A stretch of 64,000 nt of DNA. Source: the human T2T-CHM13v2.0 reference genome, Homo sapiens. The DNA lies in NCBI RefSeq assembly GCF_009914755.1, contig NC_060936.1; one strand, given 5' to 3'. Positions 1-12,860 of the stretch are shown one piece after another. The position numbers were made by a program, and so were the translations under genes. Within the stretch, counting starts at the first letter, position 1, and each line of letters begins with the position of its first letter. The notes below the pieces were generated by a model. That model worked only from the letters and a program-made list of their open reading frames with translations, made no database searches and had not been told where the DNA came from.

Positions 1-1468
1 CAGTTATTTCTAGGAAATCTGATGAGTGCCTGGAAAGGAAAGAGTGGGCAATTCTACTGGAAGCAGGTTTGAGCCAGATCACAAGTGGCCCTGGATGATG
101 GGTTAGGGATTTGTGACTTTATTTTGAAGGCATAGGGAGTCATTGAGGCTTATTGAACAGGGGAGTGCCATGATCACCTGGCTGTAAACAGACGCTGAAA
201 TTTAGAATCTGATTTTTGAAAACGAACTTATAAGGTAATTACATGGGTGGGTTTGAGGACGACTTGAGGACCTTTCAGAGGGCATAGCCGTTTTGGCTTG
301 CTGTCCTGCTAATAGCATTTGCTGCTTCTCACTCACACTTTATTTTGGATGGAGAACTCTGCACACATACGCAGGAGGGTTGATTTTTTCTAATTCATCT
401 CTGTAGCCGGGATAGCTTCTGACGCCTAAGAAATGTAGTCAACACTCCTACCTAAAATGCCCAGAGAGAAACTCTACATAGCTGAAAGGGGGGAGCTAGC
501 CACTCAGCCCAGAGGTTTCTTCCTAGGAGGAAGGGCACTGACGCAGAAAACTGTAACATGCTGTAGTGACCAGAAGGATGGACCCTCCCTGCACCTGCTG
601 TGGAGGAGGAAGGTGACGCTGCACTGTGCCAAGCTCTGCCAATCTCGGTTTAAGTCTGGGCATTGCCACTAATTTGCTGTGTGAGCTTGAATAAGTCACA
701 TTTCTTTTCCAGGACTTAGTCTCTGCATCTGTAAACTGAGAGGTGAGACCGGATGGTGCTGACATCCTGTGGGCTTGTGGGACTGAGTGAGACCTCTGGG
801 AGCTCTGGTGTGGCCGGTCTGATGATCCCCAAGTTTCTCTCCTTTGACTCTTTGGTGCTGAGGGAGGCAACACAATGAGATGTGCTTTTGTTCAGAACCC
901 CGGCCAGGTCTCACAGTCTGAGTGGAGTCCTGGCCCTGTTGTAGGTTAGTAGTGTGAATCTGGGCAAGTCAGTTAACCTCTCTGAGCCTCTGTTTTCTTT
1001 TCTGAAAAATAATGAGTCAATGTTCTCTAGCCCAAGAAAAATGGAGGGATGGAAACCAAAATATTAGAGGGAGCTGGCTTCCAATAAGTATGACATTATC
1101 ACTATCAGGCTAAATGGGTTCTTTTTGTGAAAAAAGAAAAGTTAGAGTAACAGATTTTGACAAATACGCTCAACAGCTAGTGACATTATCTTGTTTTGGA
1201 CAATAGCTTGGGCCTTTGACAGTTTTATCAATCTGTCAAAACAGCAGCACTTACTAATCCCTGAGGTATAGAAACAAAGGAAAAAGTTTGTTTAATGTCT
1301 CCTGCATTAAACAAATCGATGTCTCTTTTCTACAAAACAAACTCTTCATGGAGCTCCTTCACTTATTGCTGTATGGAACCTCTCAAATGAACAATCTCAT
1401 TCATGTGAAAATTCCCCAGAGTGGCCACTGTAATTTCAAATGGTCTCTTAAGAAATTGTGTCAGAGAT

Positions 1469-1998
<530 letters not shown>

Positions 1999-2529
1999 TC
2001 AGAAACCACAGAGACGAGGTTGAGGGGAGATCTACCCTTAGCTGTGGAAACCCTTTGGTGAACCTCCGCAAAGCTCATTCCAATGGATGCTGGTCTGAGG
2101 AGAGCTCCTGAGTGCTGTGGCCTCCAAGACCAGCTTAAGGACAGAATTCCCAGGCCCCTGTCGACTGTGGACTTTCCACTTAGAGACAACACTTACAACA
2201 TTCAACCAGCAGATAGACGTAGGAGCATTTCTCAGAAGGCTAGAAAGCAGTTTCACCGAGGAGCAGGGCAAATCTGATCAGATCACCAGGAAAAGTCTCA
2301 CAGGCACCTCATTCCTAGAACAGAACGCACCTGAAGCGAAGCGAAGGGACCTCAAGGGAACATCAGACTCCATTCAGCCTGAGCTGCCTCCCAGCTGTGG
2401 GCCACCTGGCACCTCAGACAGGCAGAGACAAGCTGTGTGTCTCAGTTGTGTCCACCCTAACTAAGGCGGGGGCTCTTGTCCAAGAAGGGAGGGCTTTGGC
2501 TGACTCAGGGAACCTCTATTTCTGCCAAT

Positions 2530-3035
2530 CCTCCTGAATTAAAAACCATCAAGAACTCACCTGTGGCTGAACCAAGTTGGGTTTATTAACGTGTTGCACA
2601 AAGGAAGAATGTCCAGCAGTAAAGAGGGCCTTCGAAAGAACTTAGTATAGATGTGGGCTTGTGGCTGGTGAGTCTCAGGAGGGCTTAGGAAGCGGGACCT
2701 TCTCTGGGCTGGATATCGTGCGTAAGCAGGTGCACTACTGTGATCGTGTTTCCTAATGATTCTTACCTAGAAGACGAGAAAAAATGAAGCAAGACTGAAG
2801 ATGTGGCTGGGAAAGAGGCAGCAGCCATTCCCATCGGCCAGGAGGAGGAGATGTTTGATAGTTCTGCGATGTGCACAGAGACCTTGTTTTTGTCTGTGCT
2901 TAGACAAGATTATAGTCTTGCTTTTTCTCTCACTTTGTCGTCACAGAGTGCCCATCTCTGATATGGGTCCCATGGGATTGTGTATGTGCAACAGAACACC
3001 AAGGTCCAGTACCCACGCCAGCTCCTCCCAACACT
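2530..3035 (-). mobile_element. Old solo LTR (ERV1-type, subfamily uncertain)
   Basis: gggtttatt (poly(A) signal on minus), ttgtttttgtctgtgcttagacaagattat...gtcacagagtgccc, ends in ...caaca. Confidence 0.45.
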
Positions 3036-3904
3036 GAGGCCCAGTCGTTGGCATCAGGCCAATTCCTGGATGTTAGAGGCTGCTTTTCTCTTTCTTCCAT
3101 ACACCAACTCTTGAGTCCTGATGGGAGACTCAAAATAGAGAATAGTTATGAAAGTTGATTTGTAAAAATGTATAGCACAATGGAGATGAAATGAATGAGT
3201 CTCAGATTGATACTTATCTGGGGCCCACTTATCCAGAAACCTTAGCCATTGAGAAAATAGCCAAGAAATGGTCAGCAAGCAGGCAATGTCCCTGAAACAC
3301 CTGAAATAAAAGTCCCCCAATGTCCCACATTTTTACAAGAACTGAAAGTTTTGCACAAGCTCTATGTATGCTGTTTTGCACGCACTTCTCGCGTGCCTTG
3401 TTATCCTGCTCATAGAACATTAGAAATAAAGGAAGGCTCCTCTCTCCAGTCCATGCCTCCAAGATGACAAAGAAAAGAAGGAACTAGCGTTATGCCAAAA
3501 AGGGCCATGGCCACGTGCTGTCTATTCACTGCATGAACTGTGCACAATGCGTGCCTGACAACAAGGCCATTAAGAAATTCATCATTTGAAACACAGTGGA
3601 GGCCGCAGCAGTCAGGGACATTTCTGAAGCCAGAGTCTTCCATGCCTATGTGCTTCCCAAGCTGTAAGTGAAGCTATATTCCTGTGTGAGTGTGCAATTC
3701 ACAGCAAAGTAGTCAGGAACAGATCTAGTGAAGCCAGCAAGGACCAAACACCCCCATCCTGATTTAGACCTTCACGTGCTGCCTCACGACCCCCACCAAA
3801 GCCCATGTAAGGAGCTGAGTCCTTAAGATTGAAGGCAGTCTACTGGAGAAAGATAAAGTGGAAATTGTCCTTAGAAGTGAAGAAATGCTTAGGGGCAGGA
3901 GCAA

Positions 3905-4245
3905 AAAGAGCTTCCAGTGCTGGTTCACGCTACAGCACAGGTGCACCCTGCAGACATGATCCAAATGACAGAAGCCAGGTACAAGGGACCACATGGCCCA
4001 GGATTCCATTTCCATGAAAATGTGCAGAACAGGCAAATCCAGAGAGACAGAAGGTAGATTCATGGTTGCCGGGGGTTAGGGGAAGGGAGAGTAAGGAGTG
4101 ACCGTTGGCCAGAAATTTCCTTTTGGAAGTGTTGAAAATGTTTAGAATGAGATAGTGGTAATGGATGCACAACTTTGTGAATATATACAAAAACCACCTT
4201 AAAAGGGTGATTTTTATGATAGGTGAATGATATCTCAATTTTTAA
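3905..4245 (+). mobile_element. L1MB-like 3' end
   Basis: aggcaaatccagagagacagaaggtagatt...gcacaactttgtgaatata...tatctcaat. Confidence 0.75.
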
Positions 4246-6959
4246 AAAGTGGAAAAAAGAAGAAGGGCCTCAGGATCTGGCAAGTTCATAGCCTGATAGC
4301 AAGAGAGGATCTGGAAGACACTAAGGAATGTGTATTCATCAAGCAGAGCCGCCTAGAGCAGCAGGGCTCTGTCGGCCTCCATGTCAGAGGCTCTGTGGGC
4401 TTCTGTCAGTGCCACCCCGCAGACACACACACAGCATCGCCACGTGCTGGCCAAGGTGCCGAGGAGCACACAGAGGACTGAGACGTGGTCCCTGCACTCT
4501 GGGGGGAATGACACCTCAACACAATAACGGTGTTCGTCATCAGGACCCCAAGTCATGATGGAAAGGTTAAATTATTTTCAAAACGCTCAATTATAAGAAG
4601 GCAGAGGAGCGGATTATAACGAATACACATAAAAAAAAATTTCAAAATTGCCAACCTTTTAAAGAAATATTGAAACCCCTGGTTTCAAATAGCAGGGAAT
4701 GGGATGCTCTGTGTGTGTGGAGAGGCAAACATCCCCATAGTCCTCAGGATCCCCTGAGAGGGGCCGAGTCAGAGGGTGTCAAGGCCTCCAGTCCTCTGGG
4801 CATCCAGGGCCTCATGGCAACTGCAGCAATTGTTCTCACTTTGGTTGTTTTTCCATAGGACTCAATGTGCTCTTACACAGGGACTCAGGACAGTGCTGAG
4901 TCCAGGTGGAGGGAAGAGGTCGGATGGTAGGGGCTGGGCAGGGGATGTGGTGAGGGCTCTGTTTGAACCTGCCAACCTTCCCCAGGCTGTCTACCATGTT
5001 TTTCTCACTAAGTGGGAGGTCTGTGAGCTCCGTCCCTCCAGGGCCTCACTGTGAAGCCGTTGCTGGCGTGGTTCTGCCCACTGGAGTTTGCTGGGTGGGG
5101 GGCATGGGGCAGGTGTGGGGAAACCTCCTTCCTGGAACAGGGTCTCCAGAATACGCAGGAGTGAGGCTGGCACACAGCACTGCCTCTGTGGTCCCGGTGT
5201 CCAGGGCGGGGGGATGGGAGGGGCCTCAGGGATGGAGGGACAGAACCGGGGCCTGCTTTCAACTCCACACCAGCCTGGTGAATTCAGATTATCTCTTCAG
5301 CTGTACATCGCCACTTCCACACTCAGGCGATTTCACCTAAGGTCCCCACTTGCTGCAAGCTCTGGGACACAGGGCCTGCTTTGTAAAATAAGTATTTTGG
5401 AGTTTTTAAAGATGACAATTCAAACCTGCTCCTGCAAAAGACAGGCTTAATGGGACGACTCCCACTCTGACAGTGGGGCTTTCCTTCAGGCCACCCTGGG
5501 CGGAAGCTGGGGGTTGAAAATGAAGAGATGGTGACACGTGTCTAAAGCTCTAGGGGCCTGGAACCAAGTGACGCAGCGCTCAGAGAAGCAGAAGGAGCGG
5601 TGGTTTCTTCATAGAGCAGCAAGTGGTAGTGACAGAGGTGCCTGTCTGAAGGCTGCACTTTAAGAGATTGGACTGAGACCCAAAGCCTTGACCCAGGGCT
5701 TCCTTCTGGGTGGGTGCAGTCTGTCACTGTGGCGGGAAGGAGAGGGGCAAGGTGGAATGAAAACAGGCAAGAGTGGGAGTGCGGTGGCTTGCTCTGCTCC
5801 CAGCTCTCCCCTACTCTCTCTGCAAACCCCAGGTGCTTAGAGCCTAAGTATCAGTCAGAATCCCTCAGGGCCACAGAGACCCTTCCAGGTTACTGTCAGC
5901 AATGGGGATTTATGGTAAGGATATTTCTGGAAATCAAAAGGCCACCAATCCTCAGGTTTCCATAAACACCAAGGGCAGATTTGTTTTCAGAGCCTGGACC
6001 AGGACTCTGGGTCTTCAGGGCTCCGAGGATCTGGTTGTCTCCCCATCTTCCCAGCACGATGCCTCCTCAGTCACCCCCCCTTGGCCCTGAGTCCCCCAAC
6101 CCCTGGGCTCCCTCAACCAGCATGGGGCATCTGCTCACCCCAACTTCTGCTTGTTCATGGCTCTGCTCTGTGTGGCTTTTAGCCTCTAGTCACACGAGCA
6201 GCTGCCTTTTCTCTCACATTCACACTTACTGAGAGAATTTAATAAGGCTGATTGGTCACCATGGCCCTTGTAAGTACCCACTTCCATGCTGGGCCACCAA
6301 GACACAACTGGGCTGGAGGCAGGCGCCCGTCCCTGGTGGAATCAGCTGCAGCTGGGATGGTGGGCTTGCCAAAGATGGGCTTTTTTGCCCTGTGGAGGGG
6401 CTTTCTCTGCTTACATTGATGGTAAGGTAGCGGGGTGAGGGTAGGAGAATGTTGAATGAGGGAAGAGCGGGTCTCCCAAGACTTGGCCTCTCTGAACCTT
6501 TGTCCCAGCAACAGAAGTCATGATGCTCTCGGGTGGGGGCAGTGCTTTGAAAAGATTCCCAAGGCTTCTACAGAGTGCGTGGGCGGGGACATCAATGGCC
6601 ATCGTACTGTTCCTTGAGTCAGATCTCCCCATCAGGTTGCAGCCAATGTCAGGCGGTTCTGTAACTGAGAACAAGAAAAGGTGATCGGAAAGGTGTGTGG
6701 TGTTCCTTCTGGCTACAGGAGGTGATCCACAGATTGCCCTGTGAAATGGCTTCCCCAGGGCCTCTGTTTGCTTGACATTCCGGCTGGCCTCAGCCTTTTC
6801 CTTGTTATGCTAAACTTTACATTTCTAAATTTCCAAGTGGTATTGTGAGCATAGTAAATGCTTAACTGTTTGATAAATGAATGAATGGATGGATGAATAA
6901 ATGAAACATGAATTTGTCCGCAGCCCTTCACTGAAGGCAGGACAGGAGTGGGTAAAGGT

Positions 6960-7140
6960 GCTTGGCTTTGGTGTAAGAAAGGCCTCACTTTGAATCCCGG
7001 CTCTGCCGCTTGCAAGCTGTGTGACATTGGGACAAGTTACTTAACTTCTCTGAGCCTCCTTTCCCTCAACTGTAAGGCTAGGATAATGCCCACTTAGAAG
7101 TTCTTTGGGAAGTCCAAGTGACTCTGTGTTTTCTAGCACA
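6960..7140 (+). mobile_element. MIR (representative; similar MIRs near 640-740, 930-1010, 17290-17780, 22570-22760, 28860-29000, 31080-31285)
   Basis: MIR core gctgtgtgacattgggacaagttacttaacttctctgagcctc...ctgtaa. Confidence 0.7.
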
Positions 7141-7699
7141 GGGCCTGACCCAGTAAGCTTTGATGGCTGTAATCATTAGGCTGACTCAAAGGGATAGGAG
7201 GGTCAGAGCATCTCGGTCTCCATATGCAGGGTGCATGGAGAAGCCTGGGACACTTAGCTGCTTGACTGTGGTGGAGAGAGGGAAATGAATGGGAGGTCCA
7301 AAGCTCCATGTTTCTCTTCACCACCCAGGGAACTAGGGAGGCTGTGGAGCCACGGCCAGGCTAAAATGTCTGGCAGGCAGGGGCTGTGTTCCAGAAGCCA
7401 GGTCTTGGGGAAGCGCTGGGAAGGACCAGGATCAAATATGAGGGGAATTCTACCAGTGGTGCCCAAACCAACCAGTTCTCGTATTTTATATCTCCCTTAC
7501 CATGCCATTCCCACCCCACCTCCAGCTCTTCCCCACTGGCATTCAAACATGCCCCAGGCGCTTTCAATGGAATTATAACAAGACCTCCTCTCAGCCCTTT
7601 GTCCCTATGAAACTGTGGCCTCATCATCACTTCTATATACAGTAGAAAGTTCTTGAAAGCATCACCTGCATGCACTGTCTTTATGTTCCCCTCCCTCAC

Positions 7700-9420
7700 T
7701 TCTCATCCCTCACAATCTGACTTTCACAGCTCCCCTCTCCCCAAGAACATTCCATGCAACCCCTTGGGCTGAAATCCCTGCTGACCTTTGGATCATAAAG
7801 CCCAACAGACACGGCTTCTCAGGCCTCACGGACCTCCAGGCTTCTCCATGGGATGCAGCTGATCGCTCCACCCAGAACGGTCTCCTGTTTCGACTTCCCC
7901 AATGGTGCTGCCTCTGGTTCTCCTCTGCCTCTCTAGCTGGTCTTCTTCAGCCTTCTTCCTGAGAGCCTCTACCTCTGCCCACCTCACTTAAAGATCGGAG
8001 TTTTCCAGAGTCCTGTGCTCTCTGCAGTTCCCAATCAATACTTTCTCCTTGGGTGAGCTGATTCTCTTCAAAGGCCCAACGACCCCTGTGTTGCTGACAA
8101 CTCCCCACTGGGATCTAGAGCCCAGGTGTGTTTCCTAAGGACCAGGTCTGCACGGCCACCTGTCACCTGGGCATCTCCTCTTGGCCACCCCCACAACAAA
8201 GTTCCTTCTCTCACCCCCAAATCCTCTCCTTTATTCTGCTCCTTTATTGCCTATCTTGGTAAATATTGTCTCCAACCACCCAATTGGCCAAATAAATCAT
8301 CCCATGAGCCCCAGCCCCGCCTTAGTTTAGCTGGGCGTATTCCCTGCTTCTCCCTCTCATCCTGGGCAGTTCCTTCTCCTTCAGGCCGACACCCCATCCT
8401 TGTGTCATTGTCCCGTCTGCCCACCTTCTCAATCTCTGTGGAGGTCACCCTTCTCTTCATCCCTGCTGCTCCCATCCACTCCAGACCCTGCCATTCCTTG
8501 CTGGGGTTAACACAATGGCCACTCAACTCTTCCTCTTCTGGGTTTGTGGATTCCCCCAGTCCATTCACACAGCTGCCTGAATGAGCTTCTACAAATGCAA
8601 ATTGGCTCATGCCCTGCCCTCCTCCAGCTTGAGATTCTTCAGGGTAACCCCACTGCCTTCAGGATAAAGTCCACACTCCTTAGTGGGGCATCCAAGTCCC
8701 TTCACATCACACGGTGAGGGGCTTGCACTTGGAGAGAGGGGCTCAGATAGGCCCAGGTTCAGATCCTGGCAGCATTTTTGCTGTGTGACTTTGAGTAAGT
8801 TACTTAGCCTCTATAAGCTTCTGTGTTTTTTTGTGTATAATGGGGGTACCCTGCCTGCTTCACGAGTGTAAAGAGGATAAAATGCACACTTTTGCGCCTT
8901 TGTTCTTCCATTTGCCTTTTTCTCTGCTGCAGCCACCCAGCATGCGGGACCCATGGTTTCTGCTCCCAGCCCATCCCCCACCTGTCTCTTCCTGTTGGCT
9001 TTTCACCCGATGCTCTCTGCTCCAGTCATCCTGAGGGGCTTGTCCTCCCCAGAGAAGCTGTGCCTCATCTCCACCAGCTGACACTGTGCAGACTCCATGC
9101 TCTCCCCTGGCCTTCCTCCTCTTTGCTTGACTAACCCCTCACAGTCACTGAAGATTCCCTTCAGGAATGACCTGCTGGAAGCTTCTCCTAAGCAGCAAGA
9201 TGAGCTGCTTCTCCTAAAGGTTCCAAAGCAGTCTGCATGCCCCCATAAGGCCTTCACTTTCTCATCTTGCAATTGCCTTCCCTCTCATGTGCTCTTCCCC
9301 TTGCACGGAATCTCCTCAAGGGTAGGAATCATGTCTTATTTATCTTCATATCCCCAGCACCTAGCATGGGACCTGACATATTAGGCTGTCAGTGAACATT
9401 TGCTGGATGGACAAACAAAC
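7700..9420 (+). mobile_element. L2 (interrupted by a MIR at about 8715-8880)
   Basis: C/T-rich L2 body ending atccccagcacctagcatgggacctgacata...catttgctggatg. Confidence 0.7.
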
Positions 9421-12400
9421 ATGGAATTCAAATCCAGATGGCATTTAAATGCCCTTGCTCTCATTGTTTCTTGGTTATTGTTCTGCTCTTCTCAGGCACG
9501 GTGGCTGTCATCCAGCCCACCCTCACACTGTGAGGCTCCCTGAGGGCAGGCTCCTAGCAGCATGGTGACCTGTAGAATTAGCAGACAGGTGACTCTCATC
9601 ATAGATCTCATGGCTGACTGCCTGGCCACTAAAAGAAGGGAAGTCTAACAGGAGGCGGCTGGGCCCTCACTTCGCCTAGTGCAAACCAAACCCAGTGGCC
9701 GTGGAACATCTTGGGTTGGCTTGGAGGTCCTGGAGTGGTGGCAGTCATGAAGGAGAGGGGGACATTGTGGGCAGGAGGCAGAGGAAGTTTGGGAGGGGAA
9801 GGGCAGAAAAAAGTCCCACAGGAAATGCACGATTTCTTATTCTGGCTAGCTGATAGAATCGTGGACATTTGCCCCAGGGACTGTCAGATAAGGACTGACT
9901 TTTACCACCAAACTGGTTTTAGGTTTTGTTTTTAAATCAGTTTTCAGGCAGGACAGAGAGTCTCAGAACATTACTTTCCAGCAGATCACAAGTGAGCCTG
10001 CCTGTTTTTAGTTAGAGGGAGCTCTGGGGACTTTTTCTGCCTCGGGATCCGGGTCAGGCTGGCTCACCAGCCCTCTGTCCGCAGCGTCCTTATGTCTAGA
10101 GAACGCTACCACCTCCTGAGTTGTTAGACATCACTGGGGTATTCGCCACTTTTGGTCTGTAACAGAAGTGGAGGCAGATTGCAAGGCCTCTGCAGATAGC
10201 TCCCCATTCCTTGTCCTGAAAGGGCCTGAGCAGGGCCTCACTTCCAGTACCGTGGGGTGTGGAGGGGGAGGGTTGGGATGGGGGGCCTCGGCTGCTGATT
10301 CTTGGGGAGGGAGGGGGAAGGCGGCCTGGTGTCCCAGAACACTCTTGTTTGTTATGCTCATTCTCTTCTACATCCTGTGGGTGTATGATGTATGTGGAGA
10401 AGGGTCTGAGGAGTCAGGAATTCTATGCCTCCAATTCTGTTTATAGATACCTTTTCCATGTCAGAGCTTTCAAAGTTGCCTTTCTTATAATTTGCTAAGA
10501 AATAGTGTTGGGCTGGAAACTCAGCAGAGCCTTTAGGATCTGGACACCTTTATAGAGGGACAATCTCATTTGAGTAACAGGTCCTAAGACTGATAATAAA
10601 AATGACTTCATTTTCCCTCTGAACACTGAGTTTCCAGAGCAGAGAGCCAGATACTTTCTAGCCCTACTGGGAACCAAGCAATCTGAAGGGAGCTTCAGCT
10701 CTAAGTGGGAGTGGTTTAGGCCAGACACACATCAACACTCCTTGCTAGAAGTCAAGATGTTTTTGGAAATCTGAGCGTTTGTAACCTTTCCGCAGAGGTC
10801 TTTAAAACAGGGTGAGTTCTCCTCTATGTAGGGTACCAGACATGTGGGCTTGTTGGGTACTGGGAGCCTGCGTCTGCTGGTCTCAGACAGACCATTTCTT
10901 TCAAGGAATCTGATTTTCTGCTTGAATTAGGTTTTGTTATTGGCAGGTACATAAACAGTGAACCAGGGAAGTGCCTGCGAGCTGGTCTGCATCTGTCCAG
11001 AAGGCCCACAGGTGCTCTAGGCCTTTCAACAAGAGCCTCATCCCTGGCTCATTAGCGAGCATGTGTTCCCTCTCCCTCTCCCATCTCTCTCTCTTAGGAT
11101 AGGAGTTTTGCTCGTCGCTCTGCAGAAAGGTCATGAGACAAGGTGGACTGGATGAGTCATTGCAAAAAAAGCTTTCTTAGGCAAAGTTCTCTTCAGGTTG
11201 GGCTAAATCAGAATAGCCAGTGGAAGGATGCCTTCCCTGGGAACTTCAACAGCAGCCTCTTGTATTCTTTCTCCTGTCTACCTGTCAAAGTGTCTGCAGC
11301 TACATTTGTGGGTTTGGATGTGAGCATCTATGCATGCAGCAAGACTGTGAGCTAAGTAGGCACTGGGCTTCGAGTCTGTCCACTTAGTGAGTGGTGGAGA
11401 GAGGAGAGCCCCTCAAGAGCTGGGCCCACAAGGTCCAGGCCATGGAGAAATTGGGAAGCATTTTAGAGAGAATCCGTATCCTGCACTGTTTTGTTTGGGA
11501 ACTTCTATTTGTAGGGTCAGCCTGGAGTGTGATTGACTATAGGCGAGACCTCATTTTCTTTATCATTGTGATGGGAATGAGGAGAAGCTTAAAGTTGGGG
11601 TGATGAGAACTGGGGGGCTGCAGACCAACTGACGCTCTTGAAACTGTGGTCTAGTAACAAGGCTACCTAGTTCAAAAATTATTTTTAGAAACCTGTTTCC
11701 TGGTCATTCTCCAAAGTCATAAAAGCCAATGGGACTAAAATATTAGAGGAAGGAATCAGAACTGAGAGGTGTTCATTCATTCGTTTATTCACTTAACGAG
11801 TGTGTAGGCACCTTCTAAGTGCTCCGCACTGGACTGGGCATTGAGAGGGAAATGAAACAGAAGGCATGGCCTGTCCTTTGGAGCTTACAGTGAGAAACCA
11901 AGAGGTATAACCTGAAATAGCCAAGCACCTGTACAGCAAGGAAGGGGGAGGTGGCTTGAGTTTTCTTTGTCTTGGCTTGGACGTGAGGTGTCCCAAGCAC
12001 CTGAATTTTCTTGCATCATGTAGTCTTATTGACGTTGAGTTCTGAAACATTTTATTTGAACACTTCTGATAGAGATTTTTAAAAAGATACCCTCCTCTGC
12101 CTCCTAAAAAAGAATTCACAGAACACAATTTTATCTCTTTTTGATGGTGTGCGCCAAACTCGCCCTTCCTTGAATATCTCTCAACCTTTTCCGATTGTTG
12201 GTGCTTTTTCCTTCCAAACCACTGGCGGTTGTTTCTCATTACATAAAGTCCCCACTGCTCCTGTACCCGAATGGGCTGTAACCATTAAGACTGAAGATTG
12301 ACTTGGAGGAACAAGAGAACTATTTTATGAGCAAGCTTAACTTTATATCCAGCTCAAAGTTAATAAGCTCTGGTTTGGTGGTTGGGTGTTGCATGAATAA

Positions 12401-12770
12401 TGGAATAAATATTCTCCTACCTTTCTGAGGATGTTTTCCTTCCTTTCTCTTAGGTTGTATTCTGTATAATCACAGTAGCTGGATGTAACTTCTGGCTAGG
12501 GGAGGATGGTCCTCTATAAGATGAGGTGTCAGAATGGGTGGCATCATCTATAATGCTCTAAGAGTGTAAAGAAGAAAAAGAAGATTTCCTATGGGTTGGG
12601 AGGCCCAGGAAAGGTTTGGAAACTTAATCGGACTTTGAGGACAGGACAGGGCCTGGGTGAGTTGAGAGGAAGTAGCCACATAATTAATGAAAAGGAGTAG
12701 ACTGAACTCTCCAATGGAAAGAAATGGAGTCTTCATCCTATCCATCATATATTTATATCTATTGATCCAC

Positions 12771-12775
12771 CTATC

Positions 12776-12828
<53 letters not shown>

Positions 12829-12860
12829 CCTACCTACCTATCTATCTGTCTGTCTATCTA
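12771..12860. repeat. Compound tetranucleotide STR (ATCT)n(ACCT)n(GTCT)n
   Basis: About 13 ATCT units followed by ACCT/GTCT variants. Confidence 0.95.

Noticed and set aside
8126-8610. 152-aa and 119-aa ORFs (also the 150-aa ORF at 43673-44125)
   Set aside because: They lie in degraded L2 sequence, are low-complexity S/P/L-rich, and lack conserved motifs.
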